Shown in pieces: positions 49,331 to 63,620 of a stretch of 64,000 bases of DNA. How positions within the stretch are numbered: position 1 is the first letter of the stretch; each line of letters opens with the position of its first letter. A program made the translations under genes and the position numbers. Where the stretch lies: assembly GCA_028534125.1 (NCBI GenBank), contig CM052816.1:60328001-60392000 (forward strand), in the 5' to 3' direction. The notes beneath the pieces are model-generated. The model was not told where the DNA came from. It did not search any database and saw only the letters and a program-made list of their open reading frames with translations. The stretch is from Lama glama. Taxonomy: Eukaryota.

Positions 49331-50964
49331 GAAAGAAAAATAACAGAGCAATGGCATCATACTTGTAAAAGAGTTGATCTCAGCAAACCTCAACTATTCC
49401 CCACCTCCCAGGGATGCTCCCGAAAAGAACTTGGCCACCCTGAGGAAGCTGAGCTTATTCTGTCCTTGGTGGAGTTAACAAAATCAGTCATGCTCCACAA
49501 GAAGGGCTCAGGGAATAGTGCCCAATGAAAATAATTAGATTTTTTTTTCTATATATGGCAATCATCAGAAAGAGGAATAAACTAACTGCCTTAATTGGGG
49601 GGAAGTTGAACTCTGTTGTGAGGCAGAGACTTGTGTGAACAGGCAGAACCCTGCAATGGGAAAATACCAACTGCAAGCACAAGAGGCAGGTGCTTGTATG
49701 TTTAAGCTGACTTTTAAGAACATCGCAGGGCTACATACTTCACAGAAGTAAGCACATGTGAATAAGGAAGGAAAGGGAGAACATATATTCTGGAAGCCTG
49801 AGAGTTCATCCCGCATTTACTTAATGGACAGGTTTTCACAGTATTCATAACTTGGGATTAAGTGTGCTTCCATTGTCGCGGACAAAGAACGTATCTGACT
49901 CACTTCCTGTAATGCATTTTAAAATGTTTTAAAATCTGGCCACTGTTGGTTGGTTGAGAAGAAATACTAGAACACATCCACATTTTATTTTAACAAGATT
50001 TTTCATTTTCAAGCACTGCAAGGCTACATACACACAGCCAAGCTGCAGTGAAACAATTATGTTCAAATGGTTACTTTTAAAAGGCCGTGAAGTCAACCTA
50101 CACCTTTTCACAGATGACGAAGCTACGGGCGCACAGTTGGTGGTGGACTGGAATTAGATTCTGGTGTTTACTCCTGTCCCAGGGACCGTCACGTACAGGG
50201 ATGCCGTGTGCATTTGTTCTGGTTGCGCCCTACACTAGGATGCTGAAGCCCAGCCTGCTTCCCACTTCACCAAGCCTGCGCCAAGGCTCTGGGCTGCTTC
50301 TGTCCTATCTTTTTTCACTTTCACAACATCACCCTCAGCTCTGCACTCATCTAGAGGGTCACCTATTTCTAAACCTACAAAGCTGCATGAGGATGAGAGG
50401 AAATTCAGATGACCTTCCTGGAACCCCTCTCTGCAACCTACCTGCCAACTTGCTCTGAGATATTTGTTAATGTTACTTCCCCTTTTGTGTGAGCTGACAC
50501 AACTAACCAACCCTGCTCCTTTTTAGGGGCAATAAACCCACTCCCGCTGGGAATACAGTCATTGGTTAGTCCCCATAGGAAAGCAGACAGAAATGTAAAC
50601 AAGGAACTGTAACTAGTATAAAAGCATAACAATAAGAAGTAATAAAGATATAATGGAATACAGAGGAAGCAAGATCAACTTTGTTCCCCGTCCTCCCCTC
50701 CCCCATGCAAATTAGCTCCTTTGCAATGCATACTATCCAGAATCACCCCATTCTTTCCACCTGAACCACGTGATCCAAGATAGACTGTGTCTAGGCTAGA
50801 TCACTGTAGTCTCCTGCTAACTGGGCCCTCTACTTCCTCCCTGCTACCCTCCTACCCTTTTTGGCCACATGAACTCTCAAAGAATCTGTTCCAAAATATA
50901 TCACTCCTTTGTTCAAAATCCTCCAATAGTTTCCCTCTTACTCCAAGTAAAAGCCAAAAACCTA

Positions 50965-51722
50965 GCAAATTTGGCCAAAAAATGGGATAATTGAGCATCA
51001 GTAAGAGTGATAATGGCAATGTATTAAAATAGATTGGAAGTTTAAAGTCATGAGTTCAAGAAGATAAGGAAAGAGGGGGAAAGGAAGGAAGCCAGCCAGC
51101 CAGGGCCACCTTTGAGGATGCCAGAAAACTACCCCATTCATTCTGAAAACTGGTAAAGGGTTAAAAAAAAAATCAAGTTCTTATCCTGATTTCTCTATGA
51201 ATTCTACCTCATAGATGGGAAATGATTCTTTTCATGGAAGTATTCAAAGTAGTAAATAAAGAATGAATGACAAAATTAGATGATCACCATTTTTTCAAAC
51301 CCCAACACCAATCAGTAGATCTAGGCCATAAGCAACAAGGACTGCTGACATCACAGAGACAACCGGGCCCTATATGCTTCTTGATGCAACGCATAGGAAG
51401 TGGTTTTACCAAAAAAGCCATATCACCTCTGGATACAACCAACCTCTACATCAAAATATCATCCTATAGTAGTGACAAAGGAACATGTTAATATCACAGA
51501 GACATGATCAGCAAAAGCTAGACTGTGAAAGCCAGAACAAATGATCTGGGTTCTTAGACATTTTCAAAGGAGGAGGGGGAAAAACGATGGAAAGGGAACC
51601 TAAACACTAAAAAAGACTTGAGACATATCAACTAATCGCAACATATAAACCTTTTTTGGGGTCTTGGTGTCAAACACATAAGCATTCAGACAATAATCAG
51701 CATGACACACCACATACACGCA

Positions 51723-51762
<40 letters not shown>

Positions 51763-52040
51763 GTATTTGTTAATGCTAATCAGCTGTTTTTAAGTATCAC
51801 ATTGGGATCAGGATCATTTTTAATTCCTTATCTTCTAGAGACACTCCCCAAAATATTCATAGATAAAATAAAATGTCTAGGCTTTCCTTCAAATTAATCT
51901 GGAGAGGGAGATTAAGACATAATATATATAAAAGAAAACTGCCCATGAGTTACTATTTATTAAACCCAGGTGATGGGTAGATGGGGGCTCATGGGAACTG
52001 CTCTGTCTAGTACATGTTTGAAATTTTCTGCAGTAGAAAA
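50965..52040 (+). mobile_element. Old L1 (L1MC-like) 3' fragment inserted into an L2
   Basis: AAAAGACTTGAGACATATCAAC, TATCTTCTAGAGACA, GGGTGATGGGTAGATGGGGGCTCAT...GTTTGAAATTTT. L2 sequence resumes on both sides. Confidence 0.65.
51726..51760. repeat. (CA)n microsatellite
   Basis: Direct reading of the CA dinucleotide run. Confidence 0.9.
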
Positions 52041-52935
52041 CTGAAGAAGAGTTCTTACCATGCCCACAAAGCTCTGTGTGACAGGTACAGACCCACCTTC
52101 CTGGCCTCCCTGGCTTCCTCCCGGACAGCTCCCACCCTCACTCCTGGCAGTTCTTCATGTACACAAAGCACATTCCTACCCTACGGCCTTTGCATTTACG
52201 GCTCCCTCTGCCTGGAACTCCTTTCCCCTGAGACATCCAAACGTCTTGCTTATTGGAAATTACAAGCTTTCCCCACACCTTGTGTTTCCTTCTCATCCAG
52301 AGGTATTTGTCTCCTCAGTACTGATCATCACTTGACATATTCTGTACTGATTTGCTGATTGTCTTCCCCTATGAGAGGAGGCTCCAAGAAGGTAAGTGGG
52401 TCATGTGCATCTCCAGTGCCAAGAAGGGCCCACAGGTATTCAATACATGACTACTGAAAAATGAAATATCCCTTCCTATATTGCTAAAACCACTGACCAA
52501 AGAGATTCACTCTCCTTTTTCTTATCATTAGATATCCACACAGTGTTAGATAACTTAAGTGTCAGAACCATGACCTCAGAGAGTGGCCTTCAAGAAACTG
52601 GAGAATCAGGCCATGTTCAGATACCCCATGAAGACCCAAAAAGACCCTGCCGGCTAGAAGGCACACAGCAAGGGCTAGCTGCACAAACATCCGTGCACAG
52701 GAGAAGACTAAGGTTACGCTAATGTGCTATGTTTTGACGGCAGGTGCGTAGGTGGGGTAGGACATTGGTTTAAACTACTTCGGAATGACTGAGAACACAT
52801 GCACAGAGGCCAAAGTCAAGCAGCCTTCTATTCTTACAGGGAAGGAACACCAATCATACCAACGGTGCGAGATGGGCTTTGAACAAGCCCAGGGCATGGC
52901 TGGCTTAAGCCTGGGTCCTTTTGTGTACTCTAGGG

Positions 52936-53117
52936 CAGTACTTCGCAGCCAGGAGTGGTAGTGTCTGAGGACCTTTCTGGTTGGGAGGAGGGTGCTGCTG
53001 TGGGCATCTGGTGGGCAGGGGTCAGGGACGTTGCCGAACCCCCTGCAGTGCCCACGACTGCCTTCATGACAAAGAATCACCCAGTCCCACATCAGAAGTC
53101 CTGCTCTAAGAACCCTG
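52936..53117 (+). mobile_element. MER20-like hAT DNA transposon
   Basis: GGCATCTGGTGGGCAGGGGTCAGGGACGTTGC...ACAAAGAATCACCCAG...AAGAACCCTG; a diverged MER20 pattern. Confidence 0.7.
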
Positions 53118-53949
53118 CTGTGAAGGCAAGCACTAATTTCTACAGGACCCTCAGCATCACTAACCAGCATGAAACATTCTGGTTCTGATTTCATCACACT
53201 CAGGAAAAAACAAAAGAGCAGTCTGATTGTTTTATCTTCCAATATCTCCTCTCTCAGCGACATTACTAACCTAAGAGTAGGTCATGCTCCCGTCCTGTTT
53301 TCAGGGGGAATGGCTTTTGACAGCCAGAGCCCCAGAAGTGTCTCCAAATCACAGAGATCCAATTACCAGGGTCTCCACGCCACACCTGAACAGCAAACTA
53401 GATACTGAAATCTGCAAAGCAAGACAACCCAGCTACAGTCAAACAAGCTCCCAGCGGCGCCAAGGCCCCAGCTGAAGGAACGGCTCACACATCCAGCCAG
53501 GTACGGGATCTGAGGCACAGGGCAGCTGAGACTTACACATAAGGGTTTGACTTCTTAGACGGAATTCAAGGGACAGACAGCAGGTCAGTCTGTATTTTCT
53601 CATTTTTTGTCTCTCCAGATTCAAGGCTTCCACAAGAACGATACAAAACCCTAAGGCAAGAGTGAAAATGCACATCACTCTCCCTGGATATTCAATTATT
53701 TACATTCTCTTAAAAGGTGGGCATGGTTGAAGAAAATGTCAAGAAAATGTGTGTGTGGGCTCCCTTTTAAAAGTCACATGACCCAAAAATACTTAGACCA
53801 CATTATTAGCATTTTCTCTCCCTCAGTAGCTGATATCACTCCTTTCAAAATGTTTTATTCAGTAGTCCCTGTTCTAGGTGTGAGAGGGAGAGCGAGCAGT
53901 AGATGAGACAGAAAGACTCGTCTGTGGAACCCAGTTAAGCTGGGGAAAC

Positions 53950-54230
53950 AAAGGACACAAACAAGATCACTTCTGATAAGGACAGGTACTGCGCAGGTGC
54001 CGTCACAGGTGACATGATGATCAGTGACTCGGGGAGCAGACAGTGCTTTTAGATTAGGACCAGGAGGACTTGGTGATACACAAGCTTCATTTGCAGGATG
54101 AAAAGGAGCCAGTTCATGAAGAGTCAGGAAAAGAGAATACAGGCAGAGAGAACAGCAATTGCAAAATCTCTGAAGCTGGGACAAGGTTGACTCATTTCAT
54201 GGCCATAAAGAAGGCCATGTGTCTGATGTG
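53950..54230 (-). mobile_element. L2 fragment
   Basis: GATAAGGACAGG...GGATGAAAAGGAGCCAG...CAGGCAGAGAGAACAGCAATTGCAAA...AAGAAGGCCATGTG. Confidence 0.5.
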
Positions 54231-55029
54231 AAGTAATGTAACTACAAAATGCAAACTTTTTGAGCATTTATGTAATACATGGTATTGGGGAGGGATGCAA
54301 TAAAGGATCCTATGTAAGTTTGGTTCTTAAGGATTTTATCATTTAGCAAAATAGGAGGAAGGACAGGATAAAAAGTTACAAGAGGGAATAGCTTTATCTT
54401 CTATATGCCATGAAGATAAAAAATCAGGTCTTGATTTTTGTGATACCTTTCAAAATAAGCATTAAAATTTTATGCAGGCCTTTTGGAAAAGCCAGTTAAG
54501 GGCTTCTGAGGACTCTTCAAAGAGCAGGTAACATGAGGCCGTCCACATGTGTTCATTCACTGAAGGACATTGATCAAGTGCTTCCTCCAGGCAAGACACT
54601 AGAGAAGCAAGATGACTAAGATAGGATGCCTCCTAGAGGGGCATGACGAGTAAAGATCAGGGCAGAAGCATCTTCCACTCTTTCCCCCCTCCCTGCCTCC
54701 TGCCCTCTCCTGTTCTTCCCTCAAACACAGTAATACCCTTCTCAACAGAGAGGGCTCATCACCAGTATCTACAGAGTTTGCTAAAGACATTTTAAGACAC
54801 ATAAGGTATCAAATTAACCACCTGTACACCTTTTCTGAAGAAACTACTAGGGGATATGTTTCACCTTAACAATGAGGTAAGCCATTTAAGAGAAATGCAT
54901 ACGATCAAGGACAGGGCAGTGTAGGGAGAGACGTGAAGGGAATTACCAGGATGAGGGTAATGATGGTAAAAGGACATCCCAAGAAAACAGCCATGCAGCA
55001 GACCTCGAGAGCACCAACCAGTCTGCAAC

Positions 55030-55465
55030 AGAAAGGTGGAGGTGTCCATCAATGGATGAACAGATAAACCAGACATGATATATACATGAAGTGGAATGTT
55101 ACTCAGCCTTAAAAGGGAAGGACATTTTGACATACACAGTAATATGGGTGAACCTTAAAGACATTATGCTAAGTGACCCAAGCCAGCCACAAAAGGAACA
55201 GTGTCTAATTCCACTTTTATGAGGTACCTAGTATAGTCAAATTCCTAGAAACAGAAAGTAGAGTGATGGCTTGCCAGGGACTGGGGGAGTGAGTGTGTAA
55301 TGAGTCTGGGATTTCAGTTTGGAAAGATGAAAAGGTCCTGTGGAGGTAAGGTAGTGACAGTTGCACAACAATGTGAAGGTACTTAATGCCACAGAACAGC
55401 ATACTTAAAAACATGGTAACTTTTGTTATATGTATTTTTCAATTAAAAAAGAAAAGAAAAGAAAA
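55030..55465 (+). mobile_element. L1 (L1MB-like) 3' fragment
   Basis: TGTCCATCAATGGATGAACAGATAAA, CAGCCTTAAAAGGGAAGGA, GACATTATGCTAAGTGA, TATGAGGTACCTAG, GTTGCACAACAATGTGAA, then an A-rich tail. Confidence 0.85.
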
Positions 55466-58400
55466 AGTGTATCTATCCTATGACTCTACTTATCTGAAGT
55501 TCAAAATCAGGCCAAACCAATTGACACTATTAGAAGTTAGGAGAGTGGTTGGATGGGTGGGACATTGTTGGGGTGGTACTGACAGGAGGTATAAAGGGGA
55601 CTTCTGAAGCACAAATAATGTTGTTTCTCGACCCAAGTGCTGGTTATATAAATGTACACAAATGGGGAAAATTCCTCAAACTTGTGAATCTGGGGATTCC
55701 TCAAAATCTCAAGCTGCATCTCTCACAAAAAGCATAGAATCTATTTTAGAGGTTTTACAGCTTTCTTACACACATCTCTTTTTTAAAAAGTCATTTATAC
55801 TCAGCCTTATTCCATGCAGTATCTGAGGCAGTATGTAAGAATACACACACACACTACTCAATAACTTCTGGTTAAATTAACACATGAAGCAAAGTAAAAA
55901 GTAAAAGTCAATTAAATCAGAACCAAAGAAAACAGAAAATGGAACAAAAGGACAAATTCATGGGAACCCAAATATTCAGGAAACACAGAATGCTAAAGTA
56001 AAGGGGTAAATTTTACAGAGCTATCTGAGAGCAAAATAATTAATCACTTGCCCAACATTATACAGCTATTAAGTGACTGAGCCAGGATTTTAAATCAGAT
56101 TTTCTCACCCAAAATACTTTGTTCTTTTTACTAAAGTACAGTATACTTTTCCAGGTCACAAAATATAAACACTGAATTACTCGACAAAATGATTTCAGGA
56201 GCACTTTTCTAGGTAATATTTTCTACATATTTAATTCACACCAAAAACTGATTTTCAATAGCATTTTGGAAAACATACTGTGTAAAGCCAAATGCACTCT
56301 GGATACATAACCCAAAGATTAGCTAGTAAACTCTTTTTGAGGGGTTGGTAAACTCTGTCAAAAATGGCCAATAAACAGAAATATTAGATTAAATGACACA
56401 GGGCTTATAAAAAGCTTCACAAACTACGAAGCACTTTCCCAGGGTGGTAACTGATGGAAGACCGCTTGTCTCCATGCTTGGCCCCACAGTTATCTCCTGT
56501 CTGGCTAGATCATCATGGGTACAGGATACACAGCACTGTCCTTGGTATTTTCTATTTCTGTTAAGTGCTTAATTACATGTGGCCTGACCCCTTATCAGCC
56601 CCACCATCTTCTTTCAGGAGCTCAGCCCACACACGCAGAGTTCCTCATTAGAGAAAAGCTCTCTTTAAAGGTTGCCCTCATGATGTCTGATTTTTAATTT
56701 TTTTTAATTTTCACATTGTGAATTTACACAACTAAGGCATTTTCCACAACTGAAACTCTGTGAAGTCTTTATAAATAATAGATGCCAAACAGAGACCTAA
56801 AATAGGTAATGTGAAGATGGACAAATGAAAGAAAACTCTTACTTTTTTAAATACGAGGAGGAGAACAGTAAATTTAAAACAATCAAAAGAAAGAAGGAAA
56901 AAGATGATCACCTGTGAATTTTAAACACAAAGGGCCATATGCAATAGTTAAGTGATTTTAGGGAAACGTCATCAACATTTGTGAACACAGGTTCTGAAAC
57001 CTGGGCCAGACAATGTGATAAGAAGAGGCACAAAAGTTTTCATCATCACTAAAGATCTGTGGTCTTAAAAATGCTCAACTTTTTGAAATTTCTGTCCCCA
57101 ACATATCTTGTATAATTGCAAGTTAAGCATATCCCTCCGTTGTTATGAAATGCTACGATGAGCTGCTAGCCCTTAGCAGATGACCCATATGTGTGTGTTG
57201 TTCTGCTGTTCGAAGTCATGGTAACAAAAACATCAGAATTACATGACTAGGTGCAATGCATGCAATGGAGACTAGCAGAGCAATGGAAATACAAATGCTA
57301 TTTCTTTATATTGCATGTTTGATAACTATCATTCCTCCAGCTAACATTTACTGAATACCTATTATGTGCACCATGCTGGAAATAACAGAGAAAATCAGTA
57401 TTTCCTACTTTTGTTATAAAACGTTTTCTTGGCTTAAAAACAGAATTCTATGGGAAAGGTTTCATTGGCTCTATTCTGAGAGTTGGAAGGGAGGGAAGGA
57501 GGGACACGTTGACCCAAACTTGTTTTCCTTAACAACAGTCTTTACATTGATTTTCATCCGGATAATCCAAGCTCTGTTGGACAATAGAAGAGGTGAAATT
57601 AAAGACCGGAAAGAGTAACGCTGGCTTTGTAGTCACACTATCTGTTTAGACTTAAAGCATTCTGTGTGAGCAAAAGAGAAAATGGGGCTCACACTTGTCT
57701 ACTTCAATTAGCCAAGCAACACAGAGAGTCACATGCTGTTAATGTGATAATTTCCATCTTCATCAATGTGTATTTGTTAAAGTTTTTTTGTTTTGTTTTG
57801 TTTTTAAAGAGTGTGTAGCTTCTAAGAGCTGTCCCCCAAGTACAAATCAGCTGGCCAGCATGGCATCATGAATCCAAAGATGAAAGCCAAAAAGAGAATG
57901 CAATCTGAAACACAAGTATCACTGTCTGGTAATCTGAAAATCCTTCTCACCAGCTGCCATCTTTTCCATTGAAAAACACAATCTTTCAATGCAAATACAG
58001 CACCTTTTCAGAAACACTAGGAATTACTGAAATAAGCATTTTATAAAATCTAAAGATCAATGAATTTTGCAAGAATATCAAGTGATTGCTGAGTTATATA
58101 CATGGAGAAAATACAAAATGCATTCCATAGAAAAATGTTGAAAAATACATTTCAAACTATTGATTCTCTCCTGAGCAGAACGTGAATTTTTTAATGTATA
58201 ATATTCTGAATAACTATTATTATCTTCTAAAGAATTTCCAATTATGATTTTTATGTTTTTCTTTTAGTCAAATTTTATTTAGAACATTATTTCCAAAGCT
58301 TCTGAAAAACTTTGTTGATTTCTAGGATTATACTATAAATATCTAACATTTAGCATTTGTGTCAATTTCATGTGTTTCTACCTATAGGTGTTCTTACCCC

Positions 58401-59219
58401 GTTTTACAAATGAGGAAAGGAGGCAGAGAAGTAATTAACTTGTCCAAGGTCACCCAGTGAGGAAGAGAGGAGAACATTTAATAGTAGGCTCTGGGTAATT
58501 TATTGAGATTGCTTTCTGTAGCTTAATAAAGGATCGATTGGATGAACGTTCCTTAAGTATTGTGAAGTGTGGTGGGAAGATATAGTCTATATTTACAGCA
58601 TATAACATTCAATATAGATCCATTCAAATCCTAATTAACTTTATTTTTATTTTCTTGACCTCATGTTGATAACATTCTGTCAAAACACCTGCACCCTACC
58701 CAAAAGTAGATGCCTCTTAGACCAGGATACAGAAGGCTTTCATTTTTTAGGATTATTGAAGGACATCATTTGTTTCTGAGCTAACTGGTACACCTGGGGA
58801 GGTTGACAGAGCATCAGATCTCCGAGTCAACACTCTGACACATCGTAGTTACTCAAATCTCTTGAGTGAACGCAGAACTTTCCTTTCTTCAAAATAAGTA
58901 ATTATCTTCAATTTCTAATAGTATATTTGTTCCTAGCACTCATTATTTCCACATTCAACCATTTTACCACACTATTTACTGTTTGTCCCCAATAGTCTTC
59001 TCCTTAATATGGATTATTTATAAACATTTTATACATTTTGAATTATTCTATTTGTTTATGTTTTTTGGTAACATCTAATGTTTATTATTTAGTTAGCACT
59101 GTAAGATTAAATATGTATAAAGGATCTATGATTTCAACTGTTTTAAGAACTCTATGATGAAACAGAACTACTCAAATTTATCTAAGACAAAAATGACTTT
59201 CTTCAACTTTACTCAATTA

Positions 59220-59480
59220 AAATATTGACCTCAACTTAAACATCACTTGTTCAAAGAGATCTCCCCTGACCTCCCGATCTAGATTAGACCCACAGTTATC
59301 CTCACCTAGGACATTCTGCTCTTTTCCTTTGGAGCATCTATCACAATCAGGATAAGTTTTAAATATATGTAAATATAAACCCATGAGGGCAGGGGTCATG
59401 CCTTTTCTGTTCACCACTTTATACTAAATGCTTATTTCATACGCTGTTCACCCATAGGAGGCATTCAACTAATACCTGGC
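59220..59480 (+). mobile_element. L2 3' end
   Basis: CTCAACTTAAACATCACT...CCCCTGACCTCCC...CCATGAGGGCAGGG...CATAGGAGGCATTCAA. Confidence 0.6.
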
Positions 59481-62400
59481 AAAGCAAAGAAGCAATAGTT
59501 AAAGGTCACTAGAAGCACAGTCATCAGGTTCAGCTGGGAGATTGTTTCTAGAAGACTTAATTACCATTCTTTAGAGAAATTGGAATCACTCTGGACTATC
59601 TTGAGAAGTCCAGTGTGCCATGTTTTACTCAAGTCCATCCAAGCCAGTGGTACAGACAGCATCATCTCAGAGCAGCAATAAGAGCCATGGAGCTTGGAGA
59701 CTGCTTTGGAGGAAAGCTGAGAGCTACCTGGAGAGAGAGAGGCTGAGGTGAGGTGTTTGGCCCTGGACCAGCAGAGGAGACAGGCAGAGGCTGCAAAAAG
59801 GCTTTGGGTGCCAAGAGGTGGGAAAGGAGAAGTGTAAAGCCACAAATTGTGATGATTCTGTCATCGTGCCAAACGGCAGAGGACGGCTCAAGAGGCACCC
59901 CTGATGACGTAACACAGTTATACGTGAAGACTAGTCACACCTCATCCCTTTCCCAATAATCTAAACTTGGAATCAGATTCTACATCTGTCTTCCCGTGCC
60001 CACATTCTAACAGAACGCAGTCTTCGGCTCTGTGACAACTAATCCAATTCAGAAAATGATGTGGGTTCCCATCTTCACCATTCCTTCTCTGTCTGCTCAG
60101 CCAGCCTGGGAACTCAGACTCTGAGTAGGTTTAAGTCCTATAAGCCACCAGCCCCCTTCATCACCGCACCTCTTCTTTAGAAATGTGGTACTCAGGATGG
60201 TTGGGACTTGTGACACCTGCCCTGTGGATAAGAGGGATGTCACTTTGTTGAGAAACTCATCATCTAAATACTCCATTTTCCTTTGTAGCTTGCAGGGGAG
60301 AGAAATTTTTTTTTTTGGAAAAGTTGCCAAATAGTACGAGACAATTAAATAAGTGTCAATGTATCTTCACCCATCGCAATCCCAAACTGCCTCCTCACAT
60401 CACAGGCTGCTGCCTCTAAAAGAATGGAATTCCTAAGATCTACCACTAAGACCTGAAATGTACCCACAATCTCAAATCTAAGTTAAAATCCAACTTTCCT
60501 GTGGGGTCCGAGCTTGGATGGTACCAGCTTTATGGACTATGTAGTCGCCTGCCATAGAAAAGGCCTTGCAGGATGGGCAAGGATTACAGCAGAGAAGAGA
60601 CTGTCCTGTGGAAATTTCACTATAATAATTCTTCTAGACAGAAAAGACTGCAGTGAGAAGTGGTATTGAGAGTAAAGTGAGTGGGAGGTTAGCTTCTAAT
60701 CTCTAGATGGCAAAGTAGAAAACTTAAAATACCTGAAATCCCTAAGTAATCAGAGAAGAGTGTGAACCCCTTCCCCTGTGATTTCTGTAAAAGTACAGAC
60801 TGAAAGCTCATGTGCTTTATGTGAAAAGGCAGAAGCGAGAGACATTCACACATTTTTTTCTTTGTGTGGAGATGGATATGGTATATGAATTAAAAAGAAA
60901 AGCTATGTTCCTTTATTTTAATGTGCCTTTGTCAGGTCAGGACCAGGCTGAAACAGAGGTCTAGTCCAAACCCTACAGGGACCATAAAAGTCATCCAGAG
61001 AAAAAAATATCCATTTTTTTCAGGGTCCTACTTCTTCTAAGGCAGAAACAACAATAAAGAATTCTGAGGTGGAAAGAATTAGTACATCATAAAAAATAGG
61101 AAAGAAAAATAAAATACTCTCACACTGACTGTCCCTAAGAGAATTTATTCACATACTTAAATTTATGCAGCAAGTTACCAGGAGCCTCGTAAATACTGGG
61201 CCCATAATCAGGCTGTAACCTTTCATTGTATTTACATTTCATTAGGGGGCACTAAGGTAATGATCTTCGAAAGACTTCACTGCGGCCAGTGCAGGAGAAA
61301 GTGGACATCTTAAAGGGAGAGGGCATAAAAAAGGAACGTCATTTGTCCCAGTGGCACAGAATTATTAAAAACAAACTGTTTAAAAAGTTACTCTGTGCTT
61401 TTATGTGTTTCCCACTTGCAATGGCATTTGAAATTAGTTCTACTCCACACATAATATGGGAGGTAAGACCTGAATCTCTCTGACTCCAGAATTTAGAGTG
61501 AACTTTGAGCAGTACACGGGAAACAAACACACTTCCATGAAATAGAGGCTGCAACAGTCATTTCCAAAACATCTAGAACATTCGCCATATATATATTACC
61601 ACTTGTCATCTACTGCTGGCAAAATCCATGACAGCCTTTCAGGCCCTTCCGCAGCAATCTCAATAGCTGCCCCGAAGGGCAGAGCAGCAATACACTGAAT
61701 AAAACACCCGATGCCTGCATTATTCCTTTGAAGGCTGTCAGCTATACATTTTGAATAACCTGAAATGAAGATCAAAAGGGAATGGAATGCATTTATTTAT
61801 TTATTTCACCCGAGGCAGTGAATGAAAAGAAAGTAAAATTTAGGATCAAAAAAAAAAGTTTAAATGGAGGCAAACAGCAATACTCAGTTGCTAAGATCCA
61901 TGAAGTTCAATCACTTCCTCTAAGTCACAAAGCATGACACTGAGCTATAAAATGGAAAGCAAAGGAACAAAAAGAGTTAAAAAGAAATAAAACCAGATAT
62001 TCGGTCCTCCCACTTTTTTCCTCCTCAGTCACCTCCAGTCTGACCTTCCACTGACACAGCTCCTCCTGTATTCCAGTCATGAGCATCACCTCGGTTCTCT
62101 TCAATCATTTCAGCCTGAGAGTGGTTCCTTCTTCCTGTGGGGATTCCCTGGCAAGTGTTCACATTTCTCCCTCTTTTCGCAAGCACATTTTAAAGACAGG
62201 AAGAACGTGATGGAACTCAAGATGGAAAGGGGAGAGAGAGAGAGAGGCTGTGTTATTTTGAAACTATTCTACCTAACACGCAGAACACGCTTATGTTCTA
62301 AGCCATTTTTTAAAATACAGATTCAAAAGAACATGGTTAAAGAAAAATGAAGGGTAGAAATGACTGCTGAAGTTTCACACCTAAGCCGCTGTACAAGCTT

Positions 62401-63262
62401 AATGGCCCCATTTAAAAACCTCACATCATCAGGTAACTAACTACATATGATTCTATATAAAAGGTAATTCAATGAACAAGATTCTGTATAGAGAATATAA
62501 CATAATTACCTAATTGATAAACTAAGTATGATTCCAATTACTCACTGCTGGAAGCTTTTCCTACAATAACAGGAGCAGCTACCACTGCTGTCCCCAGGTA
62601 CCTCACCTCTGGACAGGCACACAGACAGCTGAGGGGCAGCACCTGCCGCTGCCCTCCCCCCGGGTGGGCACTCAGGCACTCCCATCTCTGAGGAGCTGTC
62701 CCATGCAAGGCAGACACACCAGCTACACAAGTGCCAGGACCTTCGACAGCCTCCATGGGGCTCAGGGATGAGGACCCGCGGGGTTCTAGGTTACTCAGAC
62801 AATTTGCCTGAGAGTATGTGCTAAGTCAGAGTCTGCAGAGCAGCCTGGGAACTCACTCATTATTTCTGGCATAGCTTCCCTGGGGAAACGCCTTCAGAGG
62901 TCTTCAACAAGCGATCTGAAGGCGAACTGATAAAAAAGTGCTCATTTGAAAACCTGTGGCTGTTCACGGAAAAGCAACTAAAAATGAGGCTCTCACTCAA
63001 TGGGAGATTCTGCCTCCAAGGATTTTTGTTTGATCCTTTCAGTCACTGAGACCTTGAGCCAGTGATTTTGCCTCTGTGTGTCTAAGTTTCACTAGTTTGT
63101 AAAATGGAGTTCATAACACTGAGTCTTGCAACCAAGAAGTGGTCAATGTGTTCAAGTATTTCCTTCCTCAGAGAAGAGTTGTAAAAGCTCAGGATATGTT
63201 AAACAGAATTCTAAGAAGATCCCAATAACCTGCACTCCTGTATACTTCCCCTTCCCTGTCCA

Positions 63263-63620
63263 CTGTGGCCAGACCCATCAAGATGATAGAATACCACGCC
63301 CATGCTTTGATTACTAATAAGCTGACTTCAAGTGATTCAAAAAGAAATGGTCCTGTGTGGGCCTGACCTAATCAGGGAACCTTTAAAGAAGGTGAAGCAG
63401 CAGAGAATGGCTTTCTGTCCTTGCTCAAAGAAGATGGAAGACACTGTGAGCTCTGCAATTGTAAGGAGTTGAATTCTGCTGACCATGTGAGCTGGGAAGA
63501 GAATAGAGATGAGCCCGGACCTGACTTCTGATGTCCAGAACTGGGAGATAATAAGTGGCTGTTGTTTTAAGCCATTAAGTTTATGGCAATTTGTTACACA
63601 GCAATAGAAAAAACTAATAC
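63263..63620 (+). mobile_element. MaLR LTR (MLT1E/F-like)
   Basis: GTGGGCCTGACCTAATCAGG...GAATTCTGCTGACC...GTTGTTTTAAGCCATTAAGTTTATGGCAATTTGTTACACAGCAATAGAAAAAACTAATACA. Confidence 0.75.

Larger units (their letters stand above)
50740..52460 (+). mobile_element. L2 3' fragment split by the L1 insertion
   Basis: TCACTCCTTTGTTCAAAATCCTCCAATAG...AAAAGCCAAA before the L1; CTTACCATGCCCACAAAGCTCTG...GGCCTTTGCATT...CCCTCTGCCTGGAAC after it. Confidence 0.55.
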
